64,000 nt of DNA from Adineta vaga (Eukaryota; Animalia; Rotifera): positions 13,640,001 through 13,704,000 of the forward strand of contig CP075494.1 in assembly GCA_021613535.1 (NCBI GenBank). The letters run 5' to 3'. Below the pieces are notes generated by a model. The model was not told where the DNA came from. It worked only from the letters and a program-made list of their open reading frames with translations, and ran no database searches. A program made the position numbers and the translations under genes. The stretch's first letter is position 1. The number at the start of each line of letters is the position of its first letter. Below, one piece after another: positions 41,601 through 54,659 of the stretch.

Positions 41601-44600
41601 AAAAGAACTTGTTCAATGTATGGGTTCTGTGCATGATGGTGTCGCTGAATATTGTTTACAATATTTTCAAAAATATCGTCGTTCAACACATGTAACACCA
41701 AAATCATATCTATCCTTTCTGAATGGTTACAAAGAAATTTATTCTCATAAATTAAATGAAATTGAATCGATGGCTCGACGTATGAATGATGGTTTAACAC
41801 GTTTAGTTGATGCTGAAAAAGCTGTAACAGTGATGAAAGAAGAATTAGCTGTGAAAGAAAAAGAATTAGATACAGCGAATAGAAAAGCCGATGAAGTTTT
41901 AAATGAAGTCGCAGTGAAGAAAGGGGCAGCTGAAGTTGTTCGACAACAAGTACAAAAAGTTAAAGATACAGCACAAACGCTTGTTGATGAAATTGATCGA
42001 GATCGAATGCAAGCAAATGCCGAATTAGAAAATGCTAAACCAGCATTGATTGTAAGTGAACATTTTCATTGGAAAGAAAAAATGAATTAGACATGTATCA
42101 TTTTAGGCTGCTGAAGAAGCTTTACAAACAATTACATCATTGGATATTGCTGTTGTACGTAGACTTGGTCGTCCACCGCGTCTTATTCGTCAAATGATGG
42201 ATTGTGTTTTAATTCTCTTTGGATCTTCTTTGAAGAATCCAATTAAAATCGATCCAGAATTACAAGGACCTGAACCAAGTTGGGATTGTTCATTAAAAGT
42301 AGAAATATTCTCTAAAATCACATTTCAAAACTTAGTATCTCCGTTTTTTTCTTCAGATGATGAATGATACAAATTTTCTTCAAAATCTTAAAACATTTCC
42401 ACGTGATCGTATCAATGATGAACAGATTGAATTACTTCAACCCTATTTTCGTGTACCTGATTATACACCTGAAGGTGCTAAAGTAGCTGCTGGTGCCATT
42501 GCTGGTTTATTAACATGGACACGTTCGATGGCCGATTTCTTCTATGTAAATAAACGTGTCATGCCATTAAAAGGTAATTTAGCCATGCAAGAAGCTCGTC
42601 TAGTCAAAGCAAATAAACAATTACAAATTGCTCAAGACGAATTAGATCGACGTGAAGAAGAAGTAGCTGAAGCACAGGCAGAATATGACGTAGCTATGGA
42701 AATTAAACAGCGTTTACAAGATAATCTCGATCGAACATTAAAACGAATGAATGCAGCTAAGGAATTAATTGCTGGTCTAGCTGATGAACAAGAACGATGG
42801 ACTGAACAAAGTAAACAATTTCGAGCACAAATTGGACGGTAAGAAACGTCAAGAAAAATTAATATTTTCTTTTTGAAATTTTTCTTTTTCAATAGATTGG
42901 TTGGTGATGTACTTCTTTGTACTGGTTTTCTTTCCTATCAAGGTCCATTCAATCAAGATTTTCGTTTATTACTTGCAAAAGATTGGCAAAAACTACTAAC
43001 TGAACGAAATATTCCATTTACTCGAACATTAAATGTTTCGGAATATTTAACTGATGTAACAATTGTTGGTGAGTGGAGATTACAAGGTCTACCTAATGAC
43101 GAATTATCAATTCAAAATGCGATTATTGTTACACGTGCAAAACGTTATCCGCTGTTAATTGATCCACAAAGTCAAGGAAAAGTTTGGATCAAAAACAAAG
43201 AAATGTATAATGATTTACAAATAACAAATCTTCATTCGAAACATTTTCGACAACATTTAGAAGATTGTTTATCACTTGGTCGACCATTATTAATAGAAGA
43301 TGTTGGCGAAGAACTTGATCCAGCATTAGATAATATTTTAGAAAAGAATTTCATTCGTACAGGAACATCATTGAAAGTTAAAATTGGTGATCGAGAAGTT
43401 GATATTTTAAAAGGTTTCAATCTATATATTACAACAAAACTTGCAAATCCATCGTTTACACCTGAAATATCAGCAAAAACATCGGTGATTGATTTTACTG
43501 TAACAATCAAAGGTTTAGAAGATCAACTATTGGGTTTAACTATTCTCAAAGAAAAAGCTGAATTAGAAGGTGAACGTGTGAAAATGTTAGAAGATATTCA
43601 AGCAAATAATAAACGAATGAAAGAATTAGAAGATAATCTTTTATTAAGATTAAGTAATGCAAAAGTAAGAAATAATCGATTGAAATTTGACTGAGATTTA
43701 TTGTTTGATTTATATTCAGGGTTCATTAGTGGATGATGATGATCTTATTCGAACTTTAAAAATAACAAAAATTACATCGAATGATGTCAAACAAAAACTT
43801 CAAATTGCCACTGAAACAAGTCAAAAAATTAATATTGCACGTGAAGAATATCGTCCTGTTGCTACGCGTGGTTCCATAATCTATTTTCTTATTGTTGAAA
43901 TGTCATTAGTTAATGTTATGTATCAAACTTCATTGAAACAATTTCTACAATTATTCGATCAAGCACTTGAACGTTCACCACGAGTAAATTATCTTTATCA
44001 AATAGGAATCTAAAATATATTCTTTCTTTTAGTCACCTGTCACATCGAAACGTATAGCAAATATTATGGAATATTTAACTTATGAAATCTATAAATATGC
44101 TGTTCGAGGATATTATGAAGAACATAAATTTATGTTTACACTTTTATTAGCATTAAAGATTGATTTACAAGCTGGTCGAATTAAATTTGATGAATTTCAA
44201 ACATTGATTAAAGGTGGTGCTTCATTAGATACGAATACAGGTAGAATTATTTGGGTTTATGTTTCTGTAGAAAAAGTATGACAATTCGAATGTATATTTA
44301 GTTCCACAAAAACCATATTATAAATGGTTACAAAATGATGCATGGCTTAATCTAGTTGAATTATCCAAACTTTTTCAATTTAGTGATATACTTAATTCAG
44401 TAAAGGATTTTTTTTCAATTGAAAAGTTTTTTATTCTCTTTTCTTTTATTAGTTTCATCGAGCTGGAACAGCATGGGAAACATGGTTCAAAGTATGTAGA
44501 ATCATGTCTTGTCTTTTTTTCGAAAAAATAAAATTCACTTCATAATAGGTTTCACAAACTATCCCTCCGCACGTTCGTATTTTATGCTGAAACTTCTTCA

Positions 44601-46890
44601 CTCCTTGTTCTTTAATTGAATGATTCTCTTTCTTTTCTTTTTCGAAAGTAAATTTCATCTTCTGTTTAGAAAGACGAACCCGAACGTATTGAATTACCTG
44701 ATAGTTGGGAATTACAATTAGATAAATTTCGTCGTCTTCTACTCATTCGTTCCATAACGCCATCGCGTTTTGTTAAAGCTGCTCATGATTATATCATTGA
44801 TTCATTAGGATCAAGATATAGTGAAGGTGTTGTACTCGATATGGATAAAATGTGGGATGAATCAGATAAATGTTCACCAATGATTTGTTTTCTTTCGATG
44901 GGTTCTGATCCATCTGTTCAAATAGAAACATTAGCAAAGAAAAAACTAATCGATTGCCATGCAATTTCAATGGGACAGGGTCAAGAAGTTCATGCACGAC
45001 GATTATTAACACAAGCATATACAAATGGAACATGGGTTTTGTTACAAAATTGTCATTTATCTCTAGAATTTTGTGAAGAATTTTTATTACAATTAACAGA
45101 TAATACCGATCGTATTCATCCGGATTTTCGTCTGTGGATAACAACCGAAGTTCATCTAAAATTTCCCATTGGTTTATTACAAATTTCAATCAAATATACA
45201 GCTGAACCACCCCATGGTATTAAAGCGGGTTTGAAACGAACATTTGCTGGTTTAACCCAAGAACAACAATTGGAAACGAATACACAAGAAAAATGGCGAC
45301 CATTGTTATATACTGTCGCATTTTTACATACAATTGTTCAAGAACGGAGAAAATTCGGACCATTAGGATGGAATATTCCATATGAATTTAATCAATCTGA
45401 TTTTAATGCAACTGTTCAATTCATTCAGAATTATCTTGATGAAATGGATGTAAATAAAGTAAGTGATAACGTTAGATTGTTAAAAAAATCTTTGCAAATA
45501 TAATTGATTTGTAGCCAATGCAATGGAAAACAATTCATTATATGATATCTGAAGTGCAATATGGAGGTAAATATTGTTTATTGATAGTGTGGATGATATA
45601 ATTAGTGATTTTTAGGCCGTGTTACGGATGATTTTGATAAACGTCTATTGAAAACTTATGTACAGAGTTGGTTTCGAGATGAAATGTTCGATCCAAATTT
45701 TCAATTTGAAGAAAAAACTTATCGTATACCAAAAATCACGCACATCGATGATGTTTTTAGTTATATCGATACTATACCAAATTATGATAGTGGAAAAGTA
45801 TTCGGATTGAGTCCATTAGCAAATGATAGGTAATTACATCTCAGTGTGACAAAAATAAAATGAATGAAAATGTCTTTTTTTTTCTTGTTTATAGATATCA
45901 AGAAGATACTACACGAAAAGTTCTCGATACGATATTGAGTATTCAACCGAAAGAAGCTCGTGGTGGTATTGGTGAAACTCGTGAAGCTGTAATCTATCGT
46001 TTAGCAAGTGAAGCACTAGAAAAACTACCACCGGATTATATTGCATATGAAGTTAAAGAACGTCTTTCAAAACTTGAACCCATGAATATTTTTCTTCGAC
46101 AAGAAATCGATCGTTTTCAACGTGTATTAAATCTTGTACGACGTACATTAGTTGATTTGAAACTAGCTATTGATGGTACAATAGTCATGAATGAAGAATT
46201 ACGTGATGCACTTGATCGAATGTATGATGCAAAAATTCCCAGTGTTTGGCTGAAATTATCTTGGGAATCATCAACATTAGGTGCTTGGTTTTCGGATCTA
46301 TATACACGCAATGAACAATATCGTTCATGGTTAAAACTTGACAAAGATGCGCGACCAAATGCATTTTGGATGACGGGATTCTTCAATCCACAAGGATTTC
46401 TTACAGCTATGCGACAAGTAAAAGAAAATTTTCGTTTTCTTTTTTTTTATTCAATTGTTTACTATTGTAGGAAATTACAAGAGCCAATCCAGGCTGGTCA
46501 CTTGATAATGTAGTTTTGACAAATAAAGTTACTCGAATGGATCGTGAAGCAATCAAAGAACCACCACGTGAAGGTGTCTATGTATATGGTCTTTATATTG
46601 AAGGAGCTAAAATACGTAATGGTGTTTTGGATGAATTAAAAGCAAATGAAAAACTTCTTACACATGCCATGCCTGTTATACATATTTCAGCTGAAGCAGA
46701 AGCTGGCGCAGGTGGATCACCAACAAAACATGAACGTCGACCAGTTTACTATGCACCTGTGTATAAAAAACCACGTCGAACCGATCGAAATTATGTTTGT
46801 ACACTGAAATTAGAATGTCCACCAGGTGACAAAACAGGACCCAATGTTTGGACATTACGAGGTGTTGCACTTCTATGTGATATTAAATAG
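29620..46890 (+). CDS. DNAH5: Axonemal outer-arm dynein heavy chain, DNAH5/DNAH8 type, about 45 exons
   Basis: P-loops [34 protein letters not shown]; CFDEFNR; [12 protein letters not shown]; stalk/MTBD; C-terminus [17 protein letters not shown]5 versus DNAH8 cannot be separated by eye. Confidence 0.96.
30125..30138 (+). promoter_or_regulatory. RFX X-box-like motif GTAACTATAACAAC
   Basis: Fits RTHNYY-WT-RRNRAC; ends 62 nt before ATG 30201 of a ciliary gene. Confidence 0.55.
30201..30245 (+). CDS. Candidate alternative first exon of the dynein heavy chain ([15 protein letters not shown])
   Basis: ATG 30201, 45 nt, phase-0 donor GTAGGT, 62-nt intron to the acceptor at 30307 also used by exon 29620-29730. 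Confidence 0.6.
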
Positions 46891-47479
46891 ACAATTTTGT
46901 TTGTTTCTTTTTTTTGTGCAGTATTATTTAAAAAAAACCTTTATTAATCTTTTTATGTTATTATTTTTTAATGTCGTATACAATTACAAACATAAATATA
47001 TTTATATGTTGTTAATATCAAGAATATACTGAAAAGATTATAGCTAATAACTTATAACAATATGTACTTTAGTAGAAAGAATCTCAACAGGAGGTTAATG
47101 ATCGATCTTTCAAATATCTGGAAGATAAATGTTGTGTTAACATTAGAAAAAAAAATATCGATGGATGAAGCTAACTGATATTTCATGTTGTATAAATCTT
47201 TTGTGTTCTGTTCGAAGAATTTTTACAGTGATTGAACTTGAATAATCATTCTCGAGTACTTCAAGATAGATCAAGGATTTGTGAAGTGAGTCAACTGTAT
47301 ATAATATAAAGTATACTCAAATTCTGATAGTATAGAATAAAGAAGAAGAAATCAATATCCATTCAATTGCTTACGGCTTCCAATCTATCATTTATGCATC
47401 AATAAATTATATCAATCTGATTACATTGAATTCTTTGTATGTTATTCAACAAACATAAAAAGAAAGAATTCTGCTTCTA

Positions 47480-48030
47480 ATTTTATTATCATCATTTGTC
47501 AACTGGCGAGTTCGTCATTGTTCTATTCTATACCATCTAGATTTCTCTTTTTCAAATCATTTTCTCCAATGTTACTATCAATAAACGTGCAAATTCTTGC
47601 TCGACATTCTTTTGTCAATGTCAAATGTATATATCAATGGAAATTATTTCTTCGTACATATTCAATTGACCATTACATAAGCATTCTTTTTGCTTTTCTT
47701 TATACAATAGAGTCTTTAAACATAAACAGCTACTTCTTCTCCCTTGATAGTATTACCACATGCAACAAATGATCTAATCAATTGCTTTTCTGACACTACA
47801 CCAAACGTTGATTCTTCCGGATTATATAACTCTTTCGATTATCTTATACGTCAGTATACAACATTAGATTGATTAACTAAATCATTGGATGTAAAACTTG
47901 GATTTAGTTTCTCCTTTTTCTCTTCTATACTTCTATCACATTAAAATTCAATTCTCATCATTAGAATTCAAATTTCATGCGTATAATTGAAAGTTCTATA
48001 TAGTAGGTTACAACTTTATCTCAACAATTC
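47480..48030 (-). pseudogene. Heavily decayed IS630-Tc1-mariner transposase fragment
   Basis: Colinear minus-strand remnants across frameshifts and stops: MRIEF*C, TKSKFYI, NDLVNQSNVVY*, SGRINVWC, LIRSFVACGNTIKGE, resembling RxEFC / DExxF / NGxVNxxNxxYW / VNVWC / IGPFFxxxTVTGE. Confidence 0.5.
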
Positions 48031-48500
48031 TCTCATTTCTCTTTTAATATCATGTCATTGACGATACGATGAGTAGGTGTCCGACGAGTCGTCATTGTGG
48101 TTAGTTAGCGATAATAAGAATTGCATATAATGGGTAGGCCTGTCAATATCGTTCGTTTTATTTTATTCTTTTCTTTTCTTTCTCGCTCTATCTTATCCGT
48201 TTTTGTTAGCATCTGTAGACATATGTGTATGCACGTCAACACATCAAACAAAGAGGAGAAGAGGAGAAGAAGAAGAAGAAGAAAAAGAAGAAAGACATAT
48301 ACTGTACATATACACATGCGCATATATAGAGAATACATGCTAAAAATAATGTCAAGGATACAGTTAGTTATTTCTATTTGATGACAGAGTATGTTTTTGT
48401 ACAGAACGAAGCAAATACAAATGCTGAAAGAAAGAACAAACTAAACGAATAAGGTATTTCTATTCATCTTTCTAACATTATCGTTATTAATATATGCTAT

Positions 48501-49211
48501 ATGGCTTCTTCGACAATTATTCCTGTGGATTTTACTCAACAATCATCAAACAAATGTCGTTTACGTTCACCACCTGCATCTTCACAAAATTATTCAATTC
48601 AGGAACATGGACAAGGTCATCGAACATATTCGTATGAATTTGATCTACCTGATTACGAGCCAGAAGAAATAACTGTTTTACTTGATGATTGTGGAACGTT
48701 ACGTGTTCGTGCATATCGACCACCGTGTCGAGAATTTAAACGTGAATATACTCTTGGTGGAGCTGATGTTGAAACGACACTTATAAGAAATACAATCGAT
48801 AATCGAGGACGTCTTCGTGTGGATATCGATGTACGATCACGACGTCATGATTTACCGGCAAATACAAATGATATATTTACATTTGATTTGCAAGGTTATC
48901 GACCGGAAAATATAACTGTACGTATTAACCGACACGGTTTATTAAAAATCAATGCTCAACATTTTGATAATTCATTGGGTAATCATATTAATCGTGAATA
49001 TTATCGACAATATCAATTACCATCAAATATTAATCCGGATCAAGTACGTGCTCGAATGGATGGAAATCAAATCTTAACGATTGAATTACCTCCACCATCA
49101 TCACGAAATTATACAAAACGTGAATATTGGACGCCCGTTTATGAAAGAAATCATCCGCCTTTTTATGGTACAGGACCATATGGTGGTTACTGCTGTTGCA
49201 ATCTTATGTAA
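48501..49211 (+). CDS. Small heat-shock protein with two alpha-crystallin domains (p40-like), intronless CDS, C-terminal CaaX
   Basis: Repeats FDLPDYEPEEITV..REFKREYTL and FDLQGYRPENITV..REYYRQYQLPSNINPDQVRARMDGNQILTIELP; ends CCCNLM. Confidence 0.9.
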   Translation: MASSTIIPVDFTQQSSNKCRLRSPPASSQNYSIQEHGQGHRTYSYEFDLPDYEPEEITVLLDDCGTLRVRAYRPPCREFKREYTLGGADVETTLIRNTIDNRGRLRVDIDVRSRRHDLPANTNDIFTFDLQGYRPENITVRINRHGLLKINAQHFDNSLGNHINREYYRQYQLPSNINPDQVRARMDGNQILTIELPPPSSRNYTKREYWTPVYERNHPPFYGTGPYGGYCCCNLM

Positions 49212-49293
49212 TAAACAGTAGAAATAAACATCAATAGAAATCGGCATATTTATTAAGTAAAGAAGAAAATTTTTTTGGAATTTTTCTGTTCAT

Positions 49294-50885
49294 TTAACAG
49301 TTTTCGACTACACTTTTTCTTGTAGTACTGTATACACCATCGATTTTATTAATATAACATAAAAAATGAATTCCATTACAAAGATATTCTCGAAAAAGAC
49401 AGACGGGAAGTTGCGGAACATCTTTATCAATTATTGATTTCGTAAGATGAATCCGTCGATGATCTAAGATATGTGTCAATTCAGGAATATTTTCAGAAAC
49501 AAATTTCAAATAATCGTTTTCTGTTGCTGTGGATAATGTTCCTGTTGTATCCAATTTTTTTAGAAGAAACATCAAAAGACGAACAATATTCATCAAGATT
49601 TTTTGTGTCGTTAACATCAATGTCGATGTTGGAACACAGGTTAGAAGAGTTTGATGCAAACCTAAATAAATTAAAGTATTCTTAATAAGATTTCATTACT
49701 ATATAAATAGAATATCAAAGAAATACTCTTCTCATCTGATTCAAATCGATTATTTAGTTTTAAATTTAACTAAACTAACCATTCGAAGATAAATAGATGT
49801 ATGCTTGTTGATTAATTAAAACATGTCGATCAATAAGAATCGTTGATATTTTATTCAATTGTTCATCATCTCCAATTAACAATCGATTACATGGTAAACA
49901 ATGAAAAACTTTTAATAAAAATTCAAATGTCTGTTCATCTAATGCATCAATTACATTGATATTTGCTTGATGTAATTCAAAAAGAAATTTCTCATTAATA
50001 AACGTCAATGAAATGATTAATTGAATATCATTTAAATAGTTTTGTACAAATTGACGATAGATTAATGTATCATATGAAAGGAATGCATGATTTTTATCAT
50101 CAATTGAACATAATGAAGATTTATCGAATTCGTTCGATTCAATATTTAAGAATACAATTCGTATTGAACTATTTGTTATGAATGAAGGTAATAATTTTCG
50201 AGAATTATGAATTGGTAAAAGTATACCATCGATTAATTGTGATTGTTTGATTGATGAACCGATAGTAATGAAAGATAATTGTTGATTATAAGTAAGATAA
50301 TCATCAATTCGATTCAGATTATCTAAAACGAAATATTAAATACAATGGTTTTTATATCTTACGTTAGTTAAATCATTCATACTAACGTTTAATTAAACGA
50401 TGAAGAAGATTTTGATAAATATCTTTTCGATCGAAGATCTTCTTTGGTAATGTATCAAGTATATGATCAATTAACAAATCAATATGAATATCTTCTTTTC
50501 TATGAATTATATTTTCGTTGATGAAATTATATTGCAAGGATTGTAATTTATTATAAATATTTTTCAAGAATAAAAGTCGTTCGTTTGTACTCATTCGAGT
50601 AAAAGTCCTATCGAGACAACAATCGCGTAGAAAAAAGGCTAGTACTTTTACATAAGTTCCTAATTGTTCTTCGAATGTCAGAAAATGATTAGTTAAGAGT
50701 TCAGTAATAGCAGGAGATGATTTATTCTTTGGTGAAGATCGATATGCACGAAGTAAATCTGCGCCAAAGATAAGTTGAGCAAGATGACCATCTGTACTTG
50801 AATGTAATGCATACTGTTGAATACATGAAGAAAATAATTGACAAATAGATGTTAAATTCGATTTGACTTGTTCAGGAAATGACAT
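49294..50885 (-). CDS. Divergent group-II chaperonin-like protein, most like BBS10 (exons 50885-50387, 50322-49780, 49661-49294; 469 aa)
   Basis: Frame-preserving GT-AG junctions; CQLFSSCIQQYALHSSTDGHLAQLIFGADLLR (GDG helix); GSSIKQSQLIDGILL (apical entry); TLLTCVPT (post-apical strand). Start codon uncertain. Confidence 0.6.
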
Positions 50886-51206
50886 GATAATGAATGAACA
50901 TACCTTTGTTCTGTAGCCATAGATGAATATCTTTCTAAATAGTTTCTAAGAAATGATGAACATTTCACTGAAGACAGATGTCGTTAATAGTAAATGGAAA
51001 TTTCTAAGAAATTTAATCGATTTTATTTTCATGAAAATGTTTAAATTTCAGACATTTTTCCGACATAATTTTTTTGTGAATATATTTTTTTGACAATCTG
51101 ATTCATTCCTTATGTAACGAATGTCACGTCTTATGACTAATCAGTCAAGCGTACATTGCGTGTTTCATTTATTTCCGAGTGTCTCTTGTTCTCCTAAGTC
51201 CTAATA

Positions 51207-52943
51207 ATGCGACCCACAGCCATTTCACCCATTCCAAATAATCGACCGTATCCATTAGCACAAGAACATCGAACACGGCTCTATCAAATCTTATGTGATT
51301 TAGATAATGAACAATTACAAATATTTCTTAGTAAACATGTACAGAACTCGTCACTAATCAATCAATTTACACGTGAACAATTGATTCAACAAAGTTTAAT
51401 TATTATTGATAATTACTATTCAGCAGATTTAGAACAAACATTATTAAATTTAACACAACAACGACTTTCAAACGAGTTCTATTCACATTTTCCTCAACAG
51501 CAACAACAACAGCAACAACGGCCGTCACCGTATTTTTATTCGCAACAATCAGGGCAATATAATCCCCAATCAAATTATCGTTTTGCGTCATCACCAACAC
51601 TATCGCAACAATTACGATCAAGTAAATTATCTATCATGAAAGAATACTGAATTTCTTTGTTCTTCTTTCAGTTCGACCGAATTCAATTTCTACACAACAA
51701 CAACAACAACAACAGCGTGAACAATCTTCTTATACACCTTCTCAACATGTCCATCAAGAACAAAATCAAAATTCTTCTACAAATCCGACACGACATATTG
51801 TTCAACGTTATCCAGCTCCAATCACTATTCCGCCTTCAATTGTACCAAAACCATATTCTTTCTTACGGCCACCAAACAATAGAATTGTTCATAAAACATT
51901 ACCATTCTATCATATTATTTCATGTATTTATGAACGTTATAATATCTTTCGTTATGATACTTATCGTAAACAATACATATCTCATGATGAATTTACATTA
52001 TCATTAGATGCATGTAATCAATTAGCATTATCCTATGATTTTGATCCAAATCTTAATATTTATACAACAAGTAAATGTCTTCTTTTACGTCTCATACGTA
52101 CTGATCAACCTCCAATATTTAATGGAAAATATGAAGATAATCTTCCTGTAAATGTTATCATTCATATAAATGGTCATATTTCAACAAATTTACCAACACC
52201 AAAACCATCTACTCGTCAACAGAAAGATTTATTTCGGCCAGGTCGAGAAGTTGATATTACATCGCATTGTATGTTTAATCCAATTTTAAAAAATGATATT
52301 ACTATAACATGGACATTTCGTCTGGATAATAAAAGTCTACTTCTTCAATATGCAAATGCCGAATATGCCATGCATGTGTTTCTTGCTGAACGTTTAACAG
52401 TTGAAAATTTATGCAAACATATTCTGAATAAACCAGTCAAGTTCTTTCGTGATGATTCAGTGAAAATTTTAGCTAAAGCACGTGCTACAGATAGTGATCT
52501 TGGTTTAGAAGTAAGTGATCAAAAATTGAAATTAACTTGTCCTATTGATCAAAAACGTTTGAAAAAACCTATACGAGCAACAACTTGTCAACATTTACAA
52601 TGTTTTGATTTAACAAATTATATTGGTAAGGAAAAGTTTTGAATGTCTTTATCGCAGAATGACACGTTTCTTTTTTTTTGTAGCTTTAAATGAAAAATCA
52701 AAGAAATGGATATGTCCTGTTTGTAATAAACTAGCTTTATACGAAGATTTACAAATTGATACATATATGGATTCAATATTAAATTCAATTCAAAATCATG
52801 ATATTACAGAAATAACAATCAATGGTGAACTTCGTTGGACACCGATTGTCCCCTTGGATAATCTCAATGAATCTTTCGATTCGAAATCAAATATAAAATT
52901 ATTATCATCATCAAACGATTTTATTTTAATCGATGATGATTAA
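51207..52943 (+). CDS. PIAS/Siz-type SP-RING SUMO E3 ligase (exons 51207-51621, 51672-52625, 52684-52943; 542 aa)
   Basis: SP-RING LTCPIDQKRLKKPIRATTCQHLQCFD...WICPVC; PINIT-like REVDIT; SAP-like N-terminal helices; polyQ linker; terminal SIM-like FILIDDD. Confidence 0.9.
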
Positions 52944-54659
52944 TCGAAATTTCATTGTTTTCTTTCTCTTTTATATTCTATCAATGTTTTATTTATAGGT
53001 TTGTTTTTAATAATACAAATAATCACGAACAGATGAACGTGATGAATTCTTTTAATAATAATAATAATAAAAATCTAACAAGGGTTTTGTTAGAACATGT
53101 AGTCGAAATTCTTGGATGAATGAGAACATGTGAACTTTATAGAGAGCTATGGAATATTTCAAAGAAAAACAAAATGCCTGGTCAGCCTTTAGGAATACTG
53201 AAAGCAAAAAAAGTGTTTGTATTAAAAAATAGATGAATAATCAATAAAATATCGTTTCACTTCGAGGTGATGTTCTTTGAAAAGTAATCCTTTGATTTAA
53301 TGTTTAAAGAAAGAACAGAACGAGCTTTTCTAATGACTTCTTCGAATAACAAAAGACTAGTTATGCATATAGAATGAGTTTGAATCCCTTAGAGCTAAAA
53401 ATGAGGTCTTTACATCTATTGAATAAATGAAAACAATTAGATTTTCTTAACGTGCATTACATTCCAAGTTCAGAATTTCCTTTTTATGCTCTTTAAAAAT
53501 GCATGTATTTAAATATGATCGATGATGGATTATCATGTAATGAAACATCACTTTCAATGCTACGTTTATTCGTATTTTGATCAATTGATAATAAAAATTG
53601 TGTTTTGCGTCTATTCAGAATCTCGATGAATATGTTTGATTATTCTACAAAGCGACTTCCTGTGATGTTCACAAAGGCAATTATTGATGTATGCGAAGTA
53701 CTGATCAAATCAATATTTAACCTTTTTATTCCGAGAAAGCGTCTTACGACATATTTGATTCTTCTCTATAACTTTGATTAATAATAGAATTCATTAATTG
53801 AAATAGAGATTTAACCAAGCATTATATACAATGTCTGATGAGTTCTATTGTTAGTCCATTTTCACATCTGTTTATTATAAAATACAAAACCAATGAAATT
53901 AATATTTATCGAAAAAAAACTTCTTCTGGTTCAACTGATCATAATAAAAGTTAATAAGATGTGATGGATGACAGTTGTTTCTACTCATACATTTTTTTTT
54001 CTTAAGTATATGTAAATATATCAGTCAGTAACGTATGGGAAAGTCATTAGACGAACGGTCATCGGTCAGACATGATGATGATCATGATGAATGATATGGA
54101 AATTTTCTAACCTATTTGTTAAGATTTCCGATAGTTTTCATTTCCTTTAAGAGAACGACGTAATATATTATCGTCCTTGTCACCTTTAGACAGCTGCGTT
54201 GAACTTGATGAAAGCACATTTGTTTGTAGTAAAAGAACAAAAGAAAGCATAATAATACCTCTTCCTTTTTCTCGACTTGTTCTTCTTCTTCATCGTCGTC
54301 TTTCAACCATCATACAAGTTCAACTTCGACTACAGATAAAACTCTGTCCTGCTGTTTTTATATCTTGACAAATCAGTTTCAGCTTGCTTCTCTCATTTTT
54401 TTTTCTCTCTGTCTCTGTCTCTCTTTCTCGCTTGTTCAGCTACTCGTAGCCTAAACGAGTCTATTCACTTACTCTCTTTTCTCTTTCATCATACATTCAC
54501 GCAATAAGAAAGACAGATAGATAGACATCCATAGAAAAAAAACGAAGAAGAAGAAAAAGAGAAAGAAGGAAAAAAAGTTCATTAAATGAGATCAGGCAAA
54601 GTAACAACGACAACTATTGCATTTCTTTCTTTTCATCTTCATTTTCATTCATACATATA

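Noticed and set aside
32294-46870. Numerous antisense and off-frame ORFs over the dynein gene (and likewise over ABCB and K2P)
   Set aside because: Shadows of codon bias in real exons; many begin at non-ATG codons and carry no motifs.
51100-51120. X-box for the BBS10-like gene
   Set aside because: The best match (GTTACA-TA-AGGAAT on the minus strand) deviates at several consensus positions.
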